Source of the DNA: Bdellovibrionota bacterium
GTDB taxonomy: Bacteria > Bdellovibrionota_C > UBA2361
Assembly: GCA_044352465.1 (NCBI GenBank)
Contig: JBILDU010000027.1
Coordinates: forward strand, 1 to 32,628
Reading direction: 5' to 3'
DNA: 32,628 nt
The translations under genes were made by a program, and so were the position numbers. The notes beneath the pieces are model-generated. The model was not told the origin of the DNA. It did not search any database and saw nothing but the letters and a program-made list of their open reading frames with translations. Numbering within the stretch: the stretch's first letter is position 1; every line of letters begins with the position of its first letter. Positions 7,376 through 17,529 of the stretch are shown here, piece by piece.

Positions 7376-8866
7376 TTAAAGGGTCTGGCAAATCCGGAGT
7401 GCAAACTCATAGAGAGCCGAGGGGAAGACACCAAAGTAGATTACCCCGAAAGCGCATATGCCGAGCGCTCCGACCATCGCACCTGAGAGAGGTGCCGCCG
7501 GAAGACGAGCCTCCCCTTCCTCCTTCGCCTCGACAAAGTACATCGCAACGATGACCCGCAGGTAGTAGTAACAAGAGACCGCCGAAGCGAGGACACCGAT
7601 AATGGTCAGACCGAGATACTGGGCCTTTACGGCGGCGGTGAAAATGTAGACCTTCCCGAGGAGCCCCGCCATCCCGGGGGGAATACCAGCAAGGGACAGC
7701 ATGAAAAGGCTCATAACGAGGGCCAACACGGGGCGCTTATATCCCAGTCCGTGGAACCGCGAAATATCATCACCGTTTGGATCACCTGAGGTCTGCCCCG
7801 TTACCGCGAGCACAATCGCGAAGGCGCCCATCGTCATACAGGTGTAGCCGATGAGGTAGTAGAGGATCGCTGCGCCACCGCCAAGCTCTGGTCCGTGGGC
7901 AAGAAAAGCAACCAGGAGGTATCCCGCATGCGCGATGCTTGAATAAGCCAGCATCCGCTTGAGGCCGCGCTGACGAAGAGCGATAAGATTCCCTATCACC
8001 ATCGTCAATACCGCGATGACCCAGATAGCATCGGCCCAAAATAGGATCTCGCCACCAAATGCACCCCACAGGACGCGGAGCGCTGCTGCAACCGCCGAAG
8101 CTTTGATAACACATGCCATATAAGCCGCAATTGGCGTCGGTGCCCCCTCATAGACATCGGGTGCCCAAAAGTGAAATGGCACGGCTCCGATCTTGAAGAT
8201 AAGCCCCACGAGGATGAGCCCCAGAGCGACAAAAAGGATGCTCTGATCGGTGGGTGAAATCCCCTCGGCGAGCCCCGCTATTCCAGCGATCATTGTCGTC
8301 CCGGTCAGTCCGTAAACGAGGGATATCCCGTAGAGGAGAAACGCCGAGCTAAAGGAGCCAAGCAGGAAGTACTTCATTGCTGATTCGGCGGATCGACGCC
8401 TCCCGAGCGCCGCACCACAGAGGCAATAGAGCGCCATCGACATGGTCTCAAGACCGAGGAACATTGTGATAAGCTCCGCCGATGACGCGAAGATGATTGC
8501 GCCGACCGTCGAGAGGATAAGAAGCGTCAGGTACTCTCCGTGCGATTCAACGCCCTCCCCTTCCAAACGACGCGCTCCGACTAAAACGGCGAGAATCGTT
8601 CCGGCGATGAGCAACGCCGTAAAGAAGAGCGCCAATGGGTCAGCGTATACGAGTCCATTGAAGAGGAACTTCCCCGGACTATAATCTCCTGTGGTGCGCA
8701 GCAGCGCCACTAACGCCACCAGGAGAAAGCCCACCGTCACGGTCTCCCGCGCCCACGAGCCTTTTACAAATACCTCGAGGAGCATAATCACCAACGCTCC
8801 GAGGCTCAACACGATGAGCGGGAGGCTCGTACCGAGATCGGCAAGTAATGTCTCAGACATAATCAT
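7376..8866 (-). CDS. nuoN: NADH-quinone oxidoreductase subunit N
   Basis: ESAMKYFLLGSFSSAFLLYG, FKIGAVPFHFWAPDVYEGAPTP and KRMLAYSSIAHAGY motifs. ATGA overlap with nuoM; alternative ATG at 8860. Confidence 0.97.
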   Translation of the reverse strand: MIMSETLLADLGTSLPLIVLSLGALVIMLLEVFVKGSWARETVTVGFLLVALVALLRTTGDYSPGKFLFNGLVYADPLALFFTALLIAGTILAVLVGARRLEGEGVESHGEYLTLLILSTVGAIIFASSAELITMFLGLETMSMALYCLCGAALGRRRSAESAMKYFLLGSFSSAFLLYGISLVYGLTGTTMIAGIAGLAEGISPTDQSILFVALGLILVGLIFKIGAVPFHFWAPDVYEGAPTPIAAYMACVIKASAVAAALRVLWGAFGGEILFWADAIWVIAVLTMVIGNLIALRQRGLKRMLAYSSIAHAGYLLVAFLAHGPELGGGAAILYYLIGYTCMTMGAFAIVLAVTGQTSGDPNGDDISRFHGLGYKRPVLALVMSLFMLSLAGIPPGMAGLLGKVYIFTAAVKAQYLGLTIIGVLASAVSCYYYLRVIVAMYFVEAKEEGEARLPAAPLSGAMVGALGICAFGVIYFGVFPSALYEFALRICQTL

Positions 8867-10482
8867 CCCTTCGAAATCGAATCAGCCCCACCATCAGCTA
8901 CCAAGTTCGGCGAGGGTGCGGGTTCTTCCCCCTCCGGAGTCCCGAGCTCATCGGCACGTAATCGCTCACCCCGCGCCTGCACATCGGCGATATAAGCCGT
9001 GAGGGTAGGCTCCATCAGCTTTATAAACGGCTGGGGGTAGATGCCCAGCACGAAGACAAGCACAAACAAGGGCGCAAACGTTACCAGCTCGGTGCGATTT
9101 ACATCGGTCAGGTCTCCGTTTTTTGCCTCATCGATCGTGCCGAAAACGGTCTTCATGTAGAGGGTCAACATGTAGACTGCACCGAGCACGACCCCGCTCA
9201 CCGCAATAGCGGTCAGTACGGGATAGACCTGGAAGCTTCCGGTTAGGATCAAAAACTCTCCCACGAAACCGTTCGTCAGGGGCAACGCAATCGAACTTAA
9301 GGTGAACACCAGGAACAGGAAGGCGAACACTGGGGCTTTTGCAGCGATGCCACCGTAATCGGCGATGAGGCGAGTATGTTTCCGGTCGTACAGCACCCCC
9401 ACCAGGAGAAACAGCGCCCCCGTTGAGATCCCGTGGTTGACCATCTGAAGGATCGACCCACTTGTTGACACCAAATTGAACGCCACAAAACCGAGGACGC
9501 AGTAACCGAGGTGCGAAACCGAGGAGTAGGCAACGAGCTTCTTCATGTCGGTCTGGGCCCACGCGACAAGCGCGCCGTACACAATACCGATAACGGCGAG
9601 GGTTGCTATCACGGGAGCAAAGAACTCTGCACCACGGGGAAAGAGCGGATACGCAAACCGTATGAACCCGTAGAGGCCCATCTTGAGCAGCACCCCTGCC
9701 AACACGACCGATCCACCGGTCGGCGCTTCAACGTGAGCATCCGGCAACCAGGTGTGGAAAGGAAAGATCGGGACCTTGATGCCGAAGGCGAGCGCAAATG
9801 CGGCGAAGAGCCAGATCTCCTCCTTGAGAGTGAGGTGCGTAGCCTCGAGTAGCTGCGGCAGCACGAACGTCATTACGTTCGTCTCCTCATAATACCGCCA
9901 CACGGCGTAGAGTATCGCTACCAGCATCAGCACCGAGCCGAAAACGGTGTAGAGTACGAATTTCAGGGTTGCATACACCCGGCGCTTCCCACCCCACACA
10001 CCGATAATAAAATACATCGGGGCGAGCATGAGCTCCCAAAAGACGTAGAAGAGAAAGACATCGAGCGCCACGAGGGTGCCGAGCATCGCAGTCTCAAGAA
10101 CGAGCATGCTCGCCAAATACCCGCGCAGGTGGTGGTGCACCGAATGGGATGCGAGCACCACAATCGGCATCAAAAAGGTGGTCAGAAGCACTAACAGAAT
10201 ACTGATCCCATCGACCCCGAGGAAGTAACTCACACCGAAGGACGGAATCCACGGTGCCCGCTCCACCAGTTGGTAGCCTGCCTCCGCCGAGTTGAATCCT
10301 TGGAGCATCACCAACGAGACCGCAAAGGTTGCAAGTGTCACGGTAAGGGAGGCCGTGCGGGCCCGGAGCCCGGTCGGATCAGCCTTCTCCCGGAACATCG
10401 GAAGAAGGTACAAGATCGCCGCACCCAAGAGGGGTAAAAAGACGATGTAGCTTAGGAGTGGCGACCCAGCCGATGTATCCAT
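8863..10482 (-). CDS. nuoM: NADH-quinone oxidoreductase subunit M
   Basis: FLFYVFWE, KVPIFPFHTWLPDAHVEAPT, LLKMG, KKLVAYSSVSHLG and LPLTNGFVGEF motifs. Confidence 0.97.
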   Translation of the reverse strand: MDTSAGSPLLSYIVFLPLLGAAILYLLPMFREKADPTGLRARTASLTVTLATFAVSLVMLQGFNSAEAGYQLVERAPWIPSFGVSYFLGVDGISILLVLLTTFLMPIVVLASHSVHHHLRGYLASMLVLETAMLGTLVALDVFLFYVFWELMLAPMYFIIGVWGGKRRVYATLKFVLYTVFGSVLMLVAILYAVWRYYEETNVMTFVLPQLLEATHLTLKEEIWLFAAFALAFGIKVPIFPFHTWLPDAHVEAPTGGSVVLAGVLLKMGLYGFIRFAYPLFPRGAEFFAPVIATLAVIGIVYGALVAWAQTDMKKLVAYSSVSHLGYCVLGFVAFNLVSTSGSILQMVNHGISTGALFLLVGVLYDRKHTRLIADYGGIAAKAPVFAFLFLVFTLSSIALPLTNGFVGEFLILTGSFQVYPVLTAIAVSGVVLGAVYMLTLYMKTVFGTIDEAKNGDLTDVNRTELVTFAPLFVLVFVLGIYPQPFIKLMEPTLTAYIADVQARGERLRADELGTPEGEEPAPSPNLVADGGADSISKG

Positions 10483-10491
10483 GGGGAAACC

Positions 10492-12378
10492 TTAGAGCAC
10501 AAAGTAAAAGGTGATCATGATGAGAGCGGCGAAAAACATGTAGAGAGCATAGTGCCGTACCTGGCCGGTCTGTGGACCACGCGCCACCTCGCCCCCGACC
10601 TGTAGGACCGCCGCGGTGCCATTGACGGCTCCGTCTATCAGCCCCTGATCAAAGAAACGCCATAAAAATGCGGCTATCTTCTCGAGCGGCCGGACGATCA
10701 AGGCGCCATAGATCTCATCAAGGTAGTATTTACCGGCGAGGAGCCGCCCGAGCGGTCCTGCCGCAGCATAGACTTTGCCGGGGAGTGCCCCAAGCTTCGT
10801 GTAGGCGATAAGGGCGAGGGCGATACCGAGGAGTCCGACCCACGAGTGCATCAGCCCCTCGATAATCGATTCAGCATGGTGCTCCCCCCCTGCTGGAAGG
10901 ACGGTGCTCAGGTAGTGCTGCAACCGCCCACCGTGCTCTCCCCCACCGAGATACAGACCGCCCACCGTAGCGAGCGCCGCGAGGACGACAAGCGGTGCAG
11001 TCATGATGACCGGAGACTCATGGGGATGGGCGTGCCCCCGGTAGCTCCCCAAAAATGTCAGGGCGAACGAACGGGTCATGTAAAATGCGGTGATAAATGC
11101 GGTCAACGTCGCGACTCCGACAAAGACCCCCCCGTACTGCTGAATGAATGGATTCTCGGTGCCCTGAAGCGCCGCGATAATCGCGTGCTTCGACTGATAG
11201 CCCGCAAAGGGATAGATGCCGGCGATCGCCAAGGTGGAGATACCATAGGTGATGGCGGTTACCGGCATAAGCTTCAAAAGACCGCCCATATGCCGCATGT
11301 CCTGCTCGTGGTGGCAGCCATGAATAACGGACCCCGCCCCGAGGAAGAGGCATGCTTTGAAGAAGGCGTGAGTCACCACGTGGAAGAGGGCCACCCAATA
11401 AAACCCCGCGGCTGCGGCGAGAAACATAAAGCCGAGTTGACTCACCGTCGAGTACGCCAGCACCTTCTTGATATCGTTCTGTGCGAGCGCGGTGGTCCCG
11501 GCAACGAAGGCCGTCACAAGAGCTACGCCACAGATGATAAACATCGCGTAAGGAGCGAGATCAAAGACGAAGTTCATCCGCGCCATCATGTAGATGCCCG
11601 CAGTCACCATGGTCGCCGCGTGAATGAGCGCCGACACCGGAGTCGGACCAGCCATCGCATCGGGTAACCACACGAACAGTGGGAGCTGGGCCGATTTACC
11701 TGCCGCACCAACAAAGAAACACGCCGAGATAACGGTCATTAATGTGGCATCCCCCTTGCCAGCGACAAGCTGGGCGAGTTGGACGAAATCGAGGGTGCCG
11801 TAGTGCTGAAACAACAGAAAGATGCCGAGGAGAAACCCAGCATCACCGATCCGGTTCACCACAAAAGCCTTACGACCGGCGGCCGCGTAGGCTGAGTTCG
11901 TGTGCCAAAACCCGATCAAGAGATATGAGCACAAGCCGACCCCTTCCCACCCGACAAAAAGGACGAGGAGATTGCCCCCCATCACGAGCAGGAGCATCGA
12001 GAACATGAAGAGATTCAAATAGGCGAAGAATCGGGGACGAGACTCATCCTCGTGCATATACGCCACCGAGTACAGGTGGATGAGCGTCCCGATACCGGTA
12101 ATAACGAGGCACATCACCGCCGTCAGATGGTCGAAGCGAAAGAGGAAATCGATCGACAGATCACCGACCGCAAACCAGGAGAAAACCCGGTGGAGGTAGC
12201 TCGCATCGTCCGGCAGGCTGAAAAAGAGTTTCAGAACCCAGGCGAATGCTGCAGCGGAGGCAACGGTAGCTATCCACCCCGCGAGGTTCGGGATCCGTCG
12301 CCCGACCAGATATGCGAGGGCAGCTCCGATAAGGGGGAGGAGCGGGACCAAACCGAGTTGGGCATCGTACGTATTCAT
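10492..12378 (-). CDS. nuoL: NADH-quinone oxidoreductase subunit L
   Basis: GWEGVGLCSYLLIGFW, KAFVVNRIGD, KSAQLPLFVWLPDAMAGPTPVSALIHAATMV and HAFFKACLFLGAGSVIH motifs. Confidence 0.97.
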   Translation of the reverse strand: MNTYDAQLGLVPLLPLIGAALAYLVGRRIPNLAGWIATVASAAAFAWVLKLFFSLPDDASYLHRVFSWFAVGDLSIDFLFRFDHLTAVMCLVITGIGTLIHLYSVAYMHEDESRPRFFAYLNLFMFSMLLLVMGGNLLVLFVGWEGVGLCSYLLIGFWHTNSAYAAAGRKAFVVNRIGDAGFLLGIFLLFQHYGTLDFVQLAQLVAGKGDATLMTVISACFFVGAAGKSAQLPLFVWLPDAMAGPTPVSALIHAATMVTAGIYMMARMNFVFDLAPYAMFIICGVALVTAFVAGTTALAQNDIKKVLAYSTVSQLGFMFLAAAAGFYWVALFHVVTHAFFKACLFLGAGSVIHGCHHEQDMRHMGGLLKLMPVTAITYGISTLAIAGIYPFAGYQSKHAIIAALQGTENPFIQQYGGVFVGVATLTAFITAFYMTRSFALTFLGSYRGHAHPHESPVIMTAPLVVLAALATVGGLYLGGGEHGGRLQHYLSTVLPAGGEHHAESIIEGLMHSWVGLLGIALALIAYTKLGALPGKVYAAAGPLGRLLAGKYYLDEIYGALIVRPLEKIAAFLWRFFDQGLIDGAVNGTAAVLQVGGEVARGPQTGQVRHYALYMFFAALIMITFYFVL

Positions 12379-12421
12379 AAAGCGCTACCTATCGAAACTC
12401 TTTTTTCGGCTGAGGCTTCAT

Positions 12422-12724
12422 TTAAAGCCGCATCTCCGCTGCATCACTCGTCTCGATCGATTTTGTCGAACGGAAGAGTGAGATAATAATCGCCAGACCC
12501 ACCGCGGCCTCAGCCGCAGCGACGACCATCACAAAAAATACCGCGATCTGACCATCGAGGTTCCCCACCGAACGGGAGAACGCGACGAAACTCAGGTTGA
12601 CCGCGTTGAGCATCAACTCGATGCACATGAAGACGACGATTGCGTTACGCCGCACGATCACCCCTATCACACCGAGGGTGAACATGATCGCCGAAAGGGT
12701 AAGATAATAGCTGATCGGTACCAC
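12422..12724 (-). CDS. nuoK: NADH-quinone oxidoreductase subunit K
   Basis: [20 protein letters not shown] and [13 protein letters not shown] motifs; 100 aa; GTG start. Confidence 0.97.
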   Translation of the reverse strand: MVPISYYLTLSAIMFTLGVIGVIVRRNAIVVFMCIELMLNAVNLSFVAFSRSVGNLDGQIAVFFVMVVAAAEAAVGLAIIISLFRSTKSIETSDAAEMRL

Positions 12725-12725
12725 G

Positions 12726-13244
12726 TTACGGTTTCCTCATCGAAAGTTGGGGAGCTGCGCGACGACGTTTCGCCAACATTACCGCACCGACGATCGCTGC
12801 GATGATGAGGAGCGAGGCCGCCTCAAAGGTAAAGACGTATTTGGTGTAAAGGATCTGCCCGATCTCACGCACACCACCCGAAAGCTCCTTCGAGGGATCG
12901 GCGACACCGGCGAAGCCCGTTGAAAAGAGCTTCACGAGAAGCCCGATAAAAAGCGCGCCGATAACCCCGGCTGACATCAATATGGCTGTCCCGTAGCGCT
13001 TCGCCGCTTCGATCTTAATGTTCAACAGCATGATCACAAAGAGGAAGAGAACCATGATGGCACCGGCGTACACGATTACCTGCACCGCCGCGAGGAAGTG
13101 GGCATCGAGCATCGCAAAGAGCGCTGCCACCGCGAGGAGGTTCACCACCAGGGAAAGAGCGCTATGGATGGGGTTCCGTAGAGCCACCACCGCTAATCCG
13201 GAGAGCACCACCACGGCGCTCAGGAGGTAAAATAACGGTAACAT
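12726..13244 (-). CDS. nuoJ: NADH-quinone oxidoreductase subunit J
   Basis: [34 protein letters not shown] and FEAASLLI motifs. Confidence 0.96.
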   Translation of the reverse strand: MLPLFYLLSAVVVLSGLAVVALRNPIHSALSLVVNLLAVAALFAMLDAHFLAAVQVIVYAGAIMVLFLFVIMLLNIKIEAAKRYGTAILMSAGVIGALFIGLLVKLFSTGFAGVADPSKELSGGVREIGQILYTKYVFTFEAASLLIIAAIVGAVMLAKRRRAAPQLSMRKP

Positions 13245-14482
13245 CAGAGCACCCCTCCAACTTTAAGCGCCGCATACACCATAAGGTTCACCATGCTGAG
13301 GGGGAGTAAGATCTTCCACCCCAGATTCATAAGCTGGTCATACCGAAATCGGGGCAGGGTCCAGCGGATGACGATCTGTAAGACACAGAAGAAAACCACC
13401 TTCCCCATCAGGACACCGTGCCCGATGAGCGCGGCCCACCAGGCATTGGCGGGGAGTTCCACGAAAGGAAGATGCCATCCCCCAAAGAACAATAACGTAA
13501 TGACGAGAGAGAAGAGCGCTATCTCAGCGAACTCACCGAGCCAGAAGATCAAAAACTTCATCCCTGAATACTCGGTGAAGTAGCCCGCGACGAGCTCCGA
13601 CTCGCTCTCGGGAAGATCGAAAGGACCCCGCTTCGTCTCGGCCATCCCCACAACGAAGAGGATCAAGAACGATATCGGCTGGGTGACCACCCCCCACATC
13701 CCCTTCTGGGCCTCGACCATCTCATAAAGATCCATGGTGCCGTACACCACGATGACCGCAACAATCGCGATACCCATCGCGAGCTCGTACGAGATCATTT
13801 GAGCGGAAGCGCGCAGCCCACCGAGCAGAGAGAATTTATTCCGTCCACACCAGCCGGCGAGAGCAACGCCGTACACGGCGATCGACCCCATCGCCAGGAA
13901 GAAAAGTATCCCCGCATCCAGCGAGGAAACCTGCGCCCGGACGATCTGTCCCCCGACCTCAAAATCTGGTGCGAGTGGGACGATTGCGAACGCCAAAAAG
14001 ACCGGGAATACCGCCAGAAACGGCGCCAGGCAGTGCATAAAGTTCGAGGTACCTTCAGGCACGAAGTCCTCCTTCATGAGGGCCTTCACCGCATCGTTGA
14101 GGAGGGTGTTAATCACACCTAACACTCCCAGGCCCCGCACAATGTGCGGCGCCGCCGCAACGCCCAGCGCTCCCGCTCCCAGAGCCACCATCACGATCGA
14201 AGCGGTCAATCCGGGCAGGTAAGCGACACCGGAGGTCAGGAGGTTGACCAACACAAATCCGCCCCCAAGGACAAAGAGCGCGGCACCGAGAAGAAGGTGG
14301 ATCGCTAGGAACTTCTTGAGGAAAGGATTGGTGATCTCGAAAACCGCCCCGGCTCGATTGGCCCCGATACGGTCCTGTATGAGGGCCGACCCCTTTCGCT
14401 CTACCCATGTGCAGAGCGAGGCAAGTCCCATGATGACGTTAAAAACGATGAAAACTTTCACCGCGAGGATTAGTATCTCCAT
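13244..14482 (-). CDS. nuoH: NADH-quinone oxidoreductase subunit H, with an approximately 74-aa hydrophobic insertion
   Basis: ERK...QDRIGANR, DAVKALMKE, LLGGLRASAQMISYE, AETKRGPFDLPESESELVAGYFTEYSG and RWTLPRFRYDQLM motifs. Confidence 0.95.
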   Translation of the reverse strand: MEILILAVKVFIVFNVIMGLASLCTWVERKGSALIQDRIGANRAGAVFEITNPFLKKFLAIHLLLGAALFVLGGGFVLVNLLTSGVAYLPGLTASIVMVALGAGALGVAAAPHIVRGLGVLGVINTLLNDAVKALMKEDFVPEGTSNFMHCLAPFLAVFPVFLAFAIVPLAPDFEVGGQIVRAQVSSLDAGILFFLAMGSIAVYGVALAGWCGRNKFSLLGGLRASAQMISYELAMGIAIVAVIVVYGTMDLYEMVEAQKGMWGVVTQPISFLILFVVGMAETKRGPFDLPESESELVAGYFTEYSGMKFLIFWLGEFAEIALFSLVITLLFFGGWHLPFVELPANAWWAALIGHGVLMGKVVFFCVLQIVIRWTLPRFRYDQLMNLGWKILLPLSMVNLMVYAALKVGGVL

Positions 14483-14512
14483 GTTCTTCCCTTTCCTTGC
14501 TGCCCGCCGCTA

Positions 14513-16150
14513 TTAAACGCCCATCGCCGCTTGCCCGGCGCGGCTTGGCTCATAGGTGTTGAGATCAACCCCACACGATTTGATTGCTCCGATGGTGAGA
14601 CCTTGCAGCCGTGAATCAAGAGCAAGGTACCCAATGGTCAGATCACGATCGGTCTTCGCTTCGGTGACCTTCCCCCCAAGTGCGGCCGCGAGGCGGTTGA
14701 CCATCCGCCACTGCGGTTCCGTGCCGTTCGGGAAATCAAGGAAAGCATTGGTGTACTGGAGTCGCCCCGCGCGGTTCACCATAAGGCCAGATGTCTCAAG
14801 GATGCTGCGCGCTGGCAAAACGACGTGGGCCGCTGCCGCAAGCGGCGCGGCACCATCGGCGATACTCGCAACCGAGAACTGAGCACCACGTACCGCCGCG
14901 ATGACCTTATCATCCACGTCGTTGGCAAGAATACCACGGTCGCCAAATATCAGGACATTGGGGAACCCGTTCGCCTTGAGCTTCAACAGCGCTTCATCGT
15001 ACTTCGACTCGAGATTACCGGTCACGAGCCCGCCGTACTGTGCACCGAAGACGTTCGCTGCATAATCGGGGCTGACGAGGACCTTCTCTACGTCGTTGAG
15101 CTTTCGCTCGCGGTATCCAACCACCACCTCGACGCTCTTCACATGCTTTGTAAGGAAAGCTTTGATCAAAGCATATTCCTCGAGGAGGAGGTCGGGTCCC
15201 ACAAACACAACGGTCGGAGCCGAACGGAGCTTCCCCACGTCCCTCAACGCTTCGTCGATCGTGGCTACGGTCTTTCCGTGTACCGTTGGGGCGGTAACGC
15301 GCTGCGTGGGGAGAAAACGGTGGAAACCGTACCGCCCCTCGTCGCACAACCACTCCTTGTTCACCGCGCTATTAAGGCGGGCCTTCACCTGGACGACCTC
15401 GCCATCTCGGACTGCCACCTTGACATTGCAGCCGGTGGAACAACCGGGACAGATACCGTCGCTTTGCTTCGTAAACCAAATACGGGTGTTAAAGCGCCAA
15501 TCCCGATGGGTAAGCGCGCCCACCGGGCAGAGATCCACCACCGTGCCCGACAACGGATTATTCAACTCTCGACCCGGATTGATGGCGATAACAGAGCGGT
15601 CACCCCGATTGAGCATCCCCAGCTCCGAGGTCTTTGTCACCTCGTCACAAAAGCGGATACACCGGGTGCACATGATACATCGCTCACCATCCAGAATGAC
15701 CTTGGGGCCCAGCGGCTCAGCCTTTACCTTGTGCTCTTTCTGCTCAAGAAAGCGGCTGGGACGCGCGTTGTACTCGTAGTGGTAATCTTGGAGTTTACAA
15801 TGCCCTGCTTGATCACAGACGGTGCAATCGAGGGGGTGATTGATCAGAATAAACTCAAGCGTCGCCGCCTGCGCGTCCGCTACCGCCTTACTCGTGTGTT
15901 GAGTAAGGACCTCCATCCCCTCCTTCACCTGCGTATTACAACCGATGTCGAGCTTGGGAGCACCTTTCACCTGCACCTGACACATCCGGCAGTTACCTGC
16001 CACCGACAGATGGGGGTGGTAGCAGTAGTAAGGAACATCAACGCCAGCGGCCTTCGCCGCGTCGATGAGATTAGTGCCTTTCGGTACCGTGATAGCCTTC
16101 CCATCAACGGTGAGGTTCACCATCTCCGGTTTCGTGCCCTGTGCTGTCAT
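14513..16150 (-). CDS. nuoG: NADH-quinone oxidoreductase subunit G (short form, 545 aa)
   Basis: Fe-S motifs CYHP..AGNCRMC..C, HPLDCTVCDQAGHC, CIMCTRC...CPVGAL and CPGCSTGC...WLCDEGR (N7-type). Confidence 0.93.
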   Translation of the reverse strand: MTAQGTKPEMVNLTVDGKAITVPKGTNLIDAAKAAGVDVPYYCYHPHLSVAGNCRMCQVQVKGAPKLDIGCNTQVKEGMEVLTQHTSKAVADAQAATLEFILINHPLDCTVCDQAGHCKLQDYHYEYNARPSRFLEQKEHKVKAEPLGPKVILDGERCIMCTRCIRFCDEVTKTSELGMLNRGDRSVIAINPGRELNNPLSGTVVDLCPVGALTHRDWRFNTRIWFTKQSDGICPGCSTGCNVKVAVRDGEVVQVKARLNSAVNKEWLCDEGRYGFHRFLPTQRVTAPTVHGKTVATIDEALRDVGKLRSAPTVVFVGPDLLLEEYALIKAFLTKHVKSVEVVVGYRERKLNDVEKVLVSPDYAANVFGAQYGGLVTGNLESKYDEALLKLKANGFPNVLIFGDRGILANDVDDKVIAAVRGAQFSVASIADGAAPLAAAAHVVLPARSILETSGLMVNRAGRLQYTNAFLDFPNGTEPQWRMVNRLAAALGGKVTEAKTDRDLTIGYLALDSRLQGLTIGAIKSCGVDLNTYEPSRAGQAAMGV

Positions 16151-16191
16151 ACGCTCGTTCCAGTCGAAAAATCTGTCGGTTCAGCGGGCGA

Positions 16192-17517
16192 TTAATGCGC
16201 CCCCTCTCCGAATTCGTAATTCAAGGGAGCCTTGCTCGGCTTATTGATCCCTACGAGAGACTCCCCAATCCGTGCCTTAAATTCCTCGGGGAATTTGCGC
16301 ATAAACGCCTGTGCAGGCCACGATAACGCTTCACCAAAAGCACAAATGGTGTGTCCCGCGATCTGCCCACACAAGCTCTCGGCGAGTTGTACGTCTCCGG
16401 CGAGCCCGTGTCCGAGTGAAATCCGGCTAAAAATCTTCTCTATCCAGTGACCACCCTCGCGACACGGAGTGCACTGACCACACGACTCATGGGCGTAAAA
16501 GTGCGCCACGTTTCGAGCGGCCTCGACCATATCGGTCGTCTCATCCATCACCATGAAGCCGCCGGAGCCAAGGTGCGAGCCCGCTTTCACAAGCGACTCG
16601 TAGTCGATCGTTACCCCGGCAAGCTCATCAGCGCGGAGGACCGGCATCGAAGATCCACCGGGAATGACCCCTTTCAGTTTTTTGCCGTCACGAATTCCGC
16701 CGAGCTCTTTCTCAATGAACTCAAGGATCGGATAGCCGAGCTCGATCTCGTAGACGCCGGGCTTGTTGATATGCCCTGAGGCACTGATGAGCTTCGTCCC
16801 CGTTGATTTTCCTACCCCGATAGCGGCGTAGGCGGCACCGCCGTTTTCAAGGATCCACGGAAGCGCCGCAAGGGTCTCGGTGTTGTTGACCACCGTTGGA
16901 GCACCGTAGAGACCGATCGCTGCGGGGAAGAATGGAGGCTTGAGGCGAGGTTGCCCCTTATTGCCCTCAAGCGACTCAAGCAACGCGGTCTCCTCTCCAC
17001 AGATGTAAGCACCCGCACCGCGGTGCACCACCATATGATGGGTAAATCCACTCCCGAAGATGTTCTCTCCTAGATAGCCCTTCTGGTAAGCCTCCTCTAC
17101 GGCGCGCTTCAACTGCACATAAGGATACCCGTACTCACCCCGAATATAGGTGCACGACCAATTGCTCTGTACTGCCCATGCAGCGATCAACATCCCCTCG
17201 ATAACAAGATGGGGATCGCGTTCAAGCAGAACCCTATCTTTGAAGGTACCGGGCTCGCTCTCGTCGGCGTTGTTAATGAGGTACACCGGCTTCCCCGAGT
17301 TGCGCGGGATAAAGCCCCACTTCATACCGGTGGAAAAGCCGGCGCCACCACGACCACGCAAACCTGAGGTTTTCACCTCGTCAACGACTTTAAGGGGATC
17401 CATCCCCAAGACCTTGCGGATAATCTGATATCCACCCCGACTCTCGTAGCCAGCAAGGGTGTGTTGGTTCGGCTCGCGAACGTGCTTGAGAAGAATCTGC
17501 TTATGCTGCTTCGCCAC
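16192..17517 (-). CDS. nuoF: NADH-quinone oxidoreductase subunit F
   Basis: SGLRGRGGAGFSTG, NADESEPGTFKDR, GAGAYICGEETALLESLEG and ESCGQCTPCREG...TIC motifs. GTG start with AAAGGGAG upstream. Confidence 0.97.
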   Translation of the reverse strand: MAKQHKQILLKHVREPNQHTLAGYESRGGYQIIRKVLGMDPLKVVDEVKTSGLRGRGGAGFSTGMKWGFIPRNSGKPVYLINNADESEPGTFKDRVLLERDPHLVIEGMLIAAWAVQSNWSCTYIRGEYGYPYVQLKRAVEEAYQKGYLGENIFGSGFTHHMVVHRGAGAYICGEETALLESLEGNKGQPRLKPPFFPAAIGLYGAPTVVNNTETLAALPWILENGGAAYAAIGVGKSTGTKLISASGHINKPGVYEIELGYPILEFIEKELGGIRDGKKLKGVIPGGSSMPVLRADELAGVTIDYESLVKAGSHLGSGGFMVMDETTDMVEAARNVAHFYAHESCGQCTPCREGGHWIEKIFSRISLGHGLAGDVQLAESLCGQIAGHTICAFGEALSWPAQAFMRKFPEEFKARIGESLVGINKPSKAPLNYEFGEGAH

Positions 17518-17529
17518 GGCGATCTCCCT

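Noticed and set aside
14825..16195. 456-aa + strand ORF (also 10846-11667, 15096-15779, 18053-18736 and similar)
   Set aside because: These are antisense shadows of well-supported nuo genes in GC-rich DNA, with no recognisable motifs.
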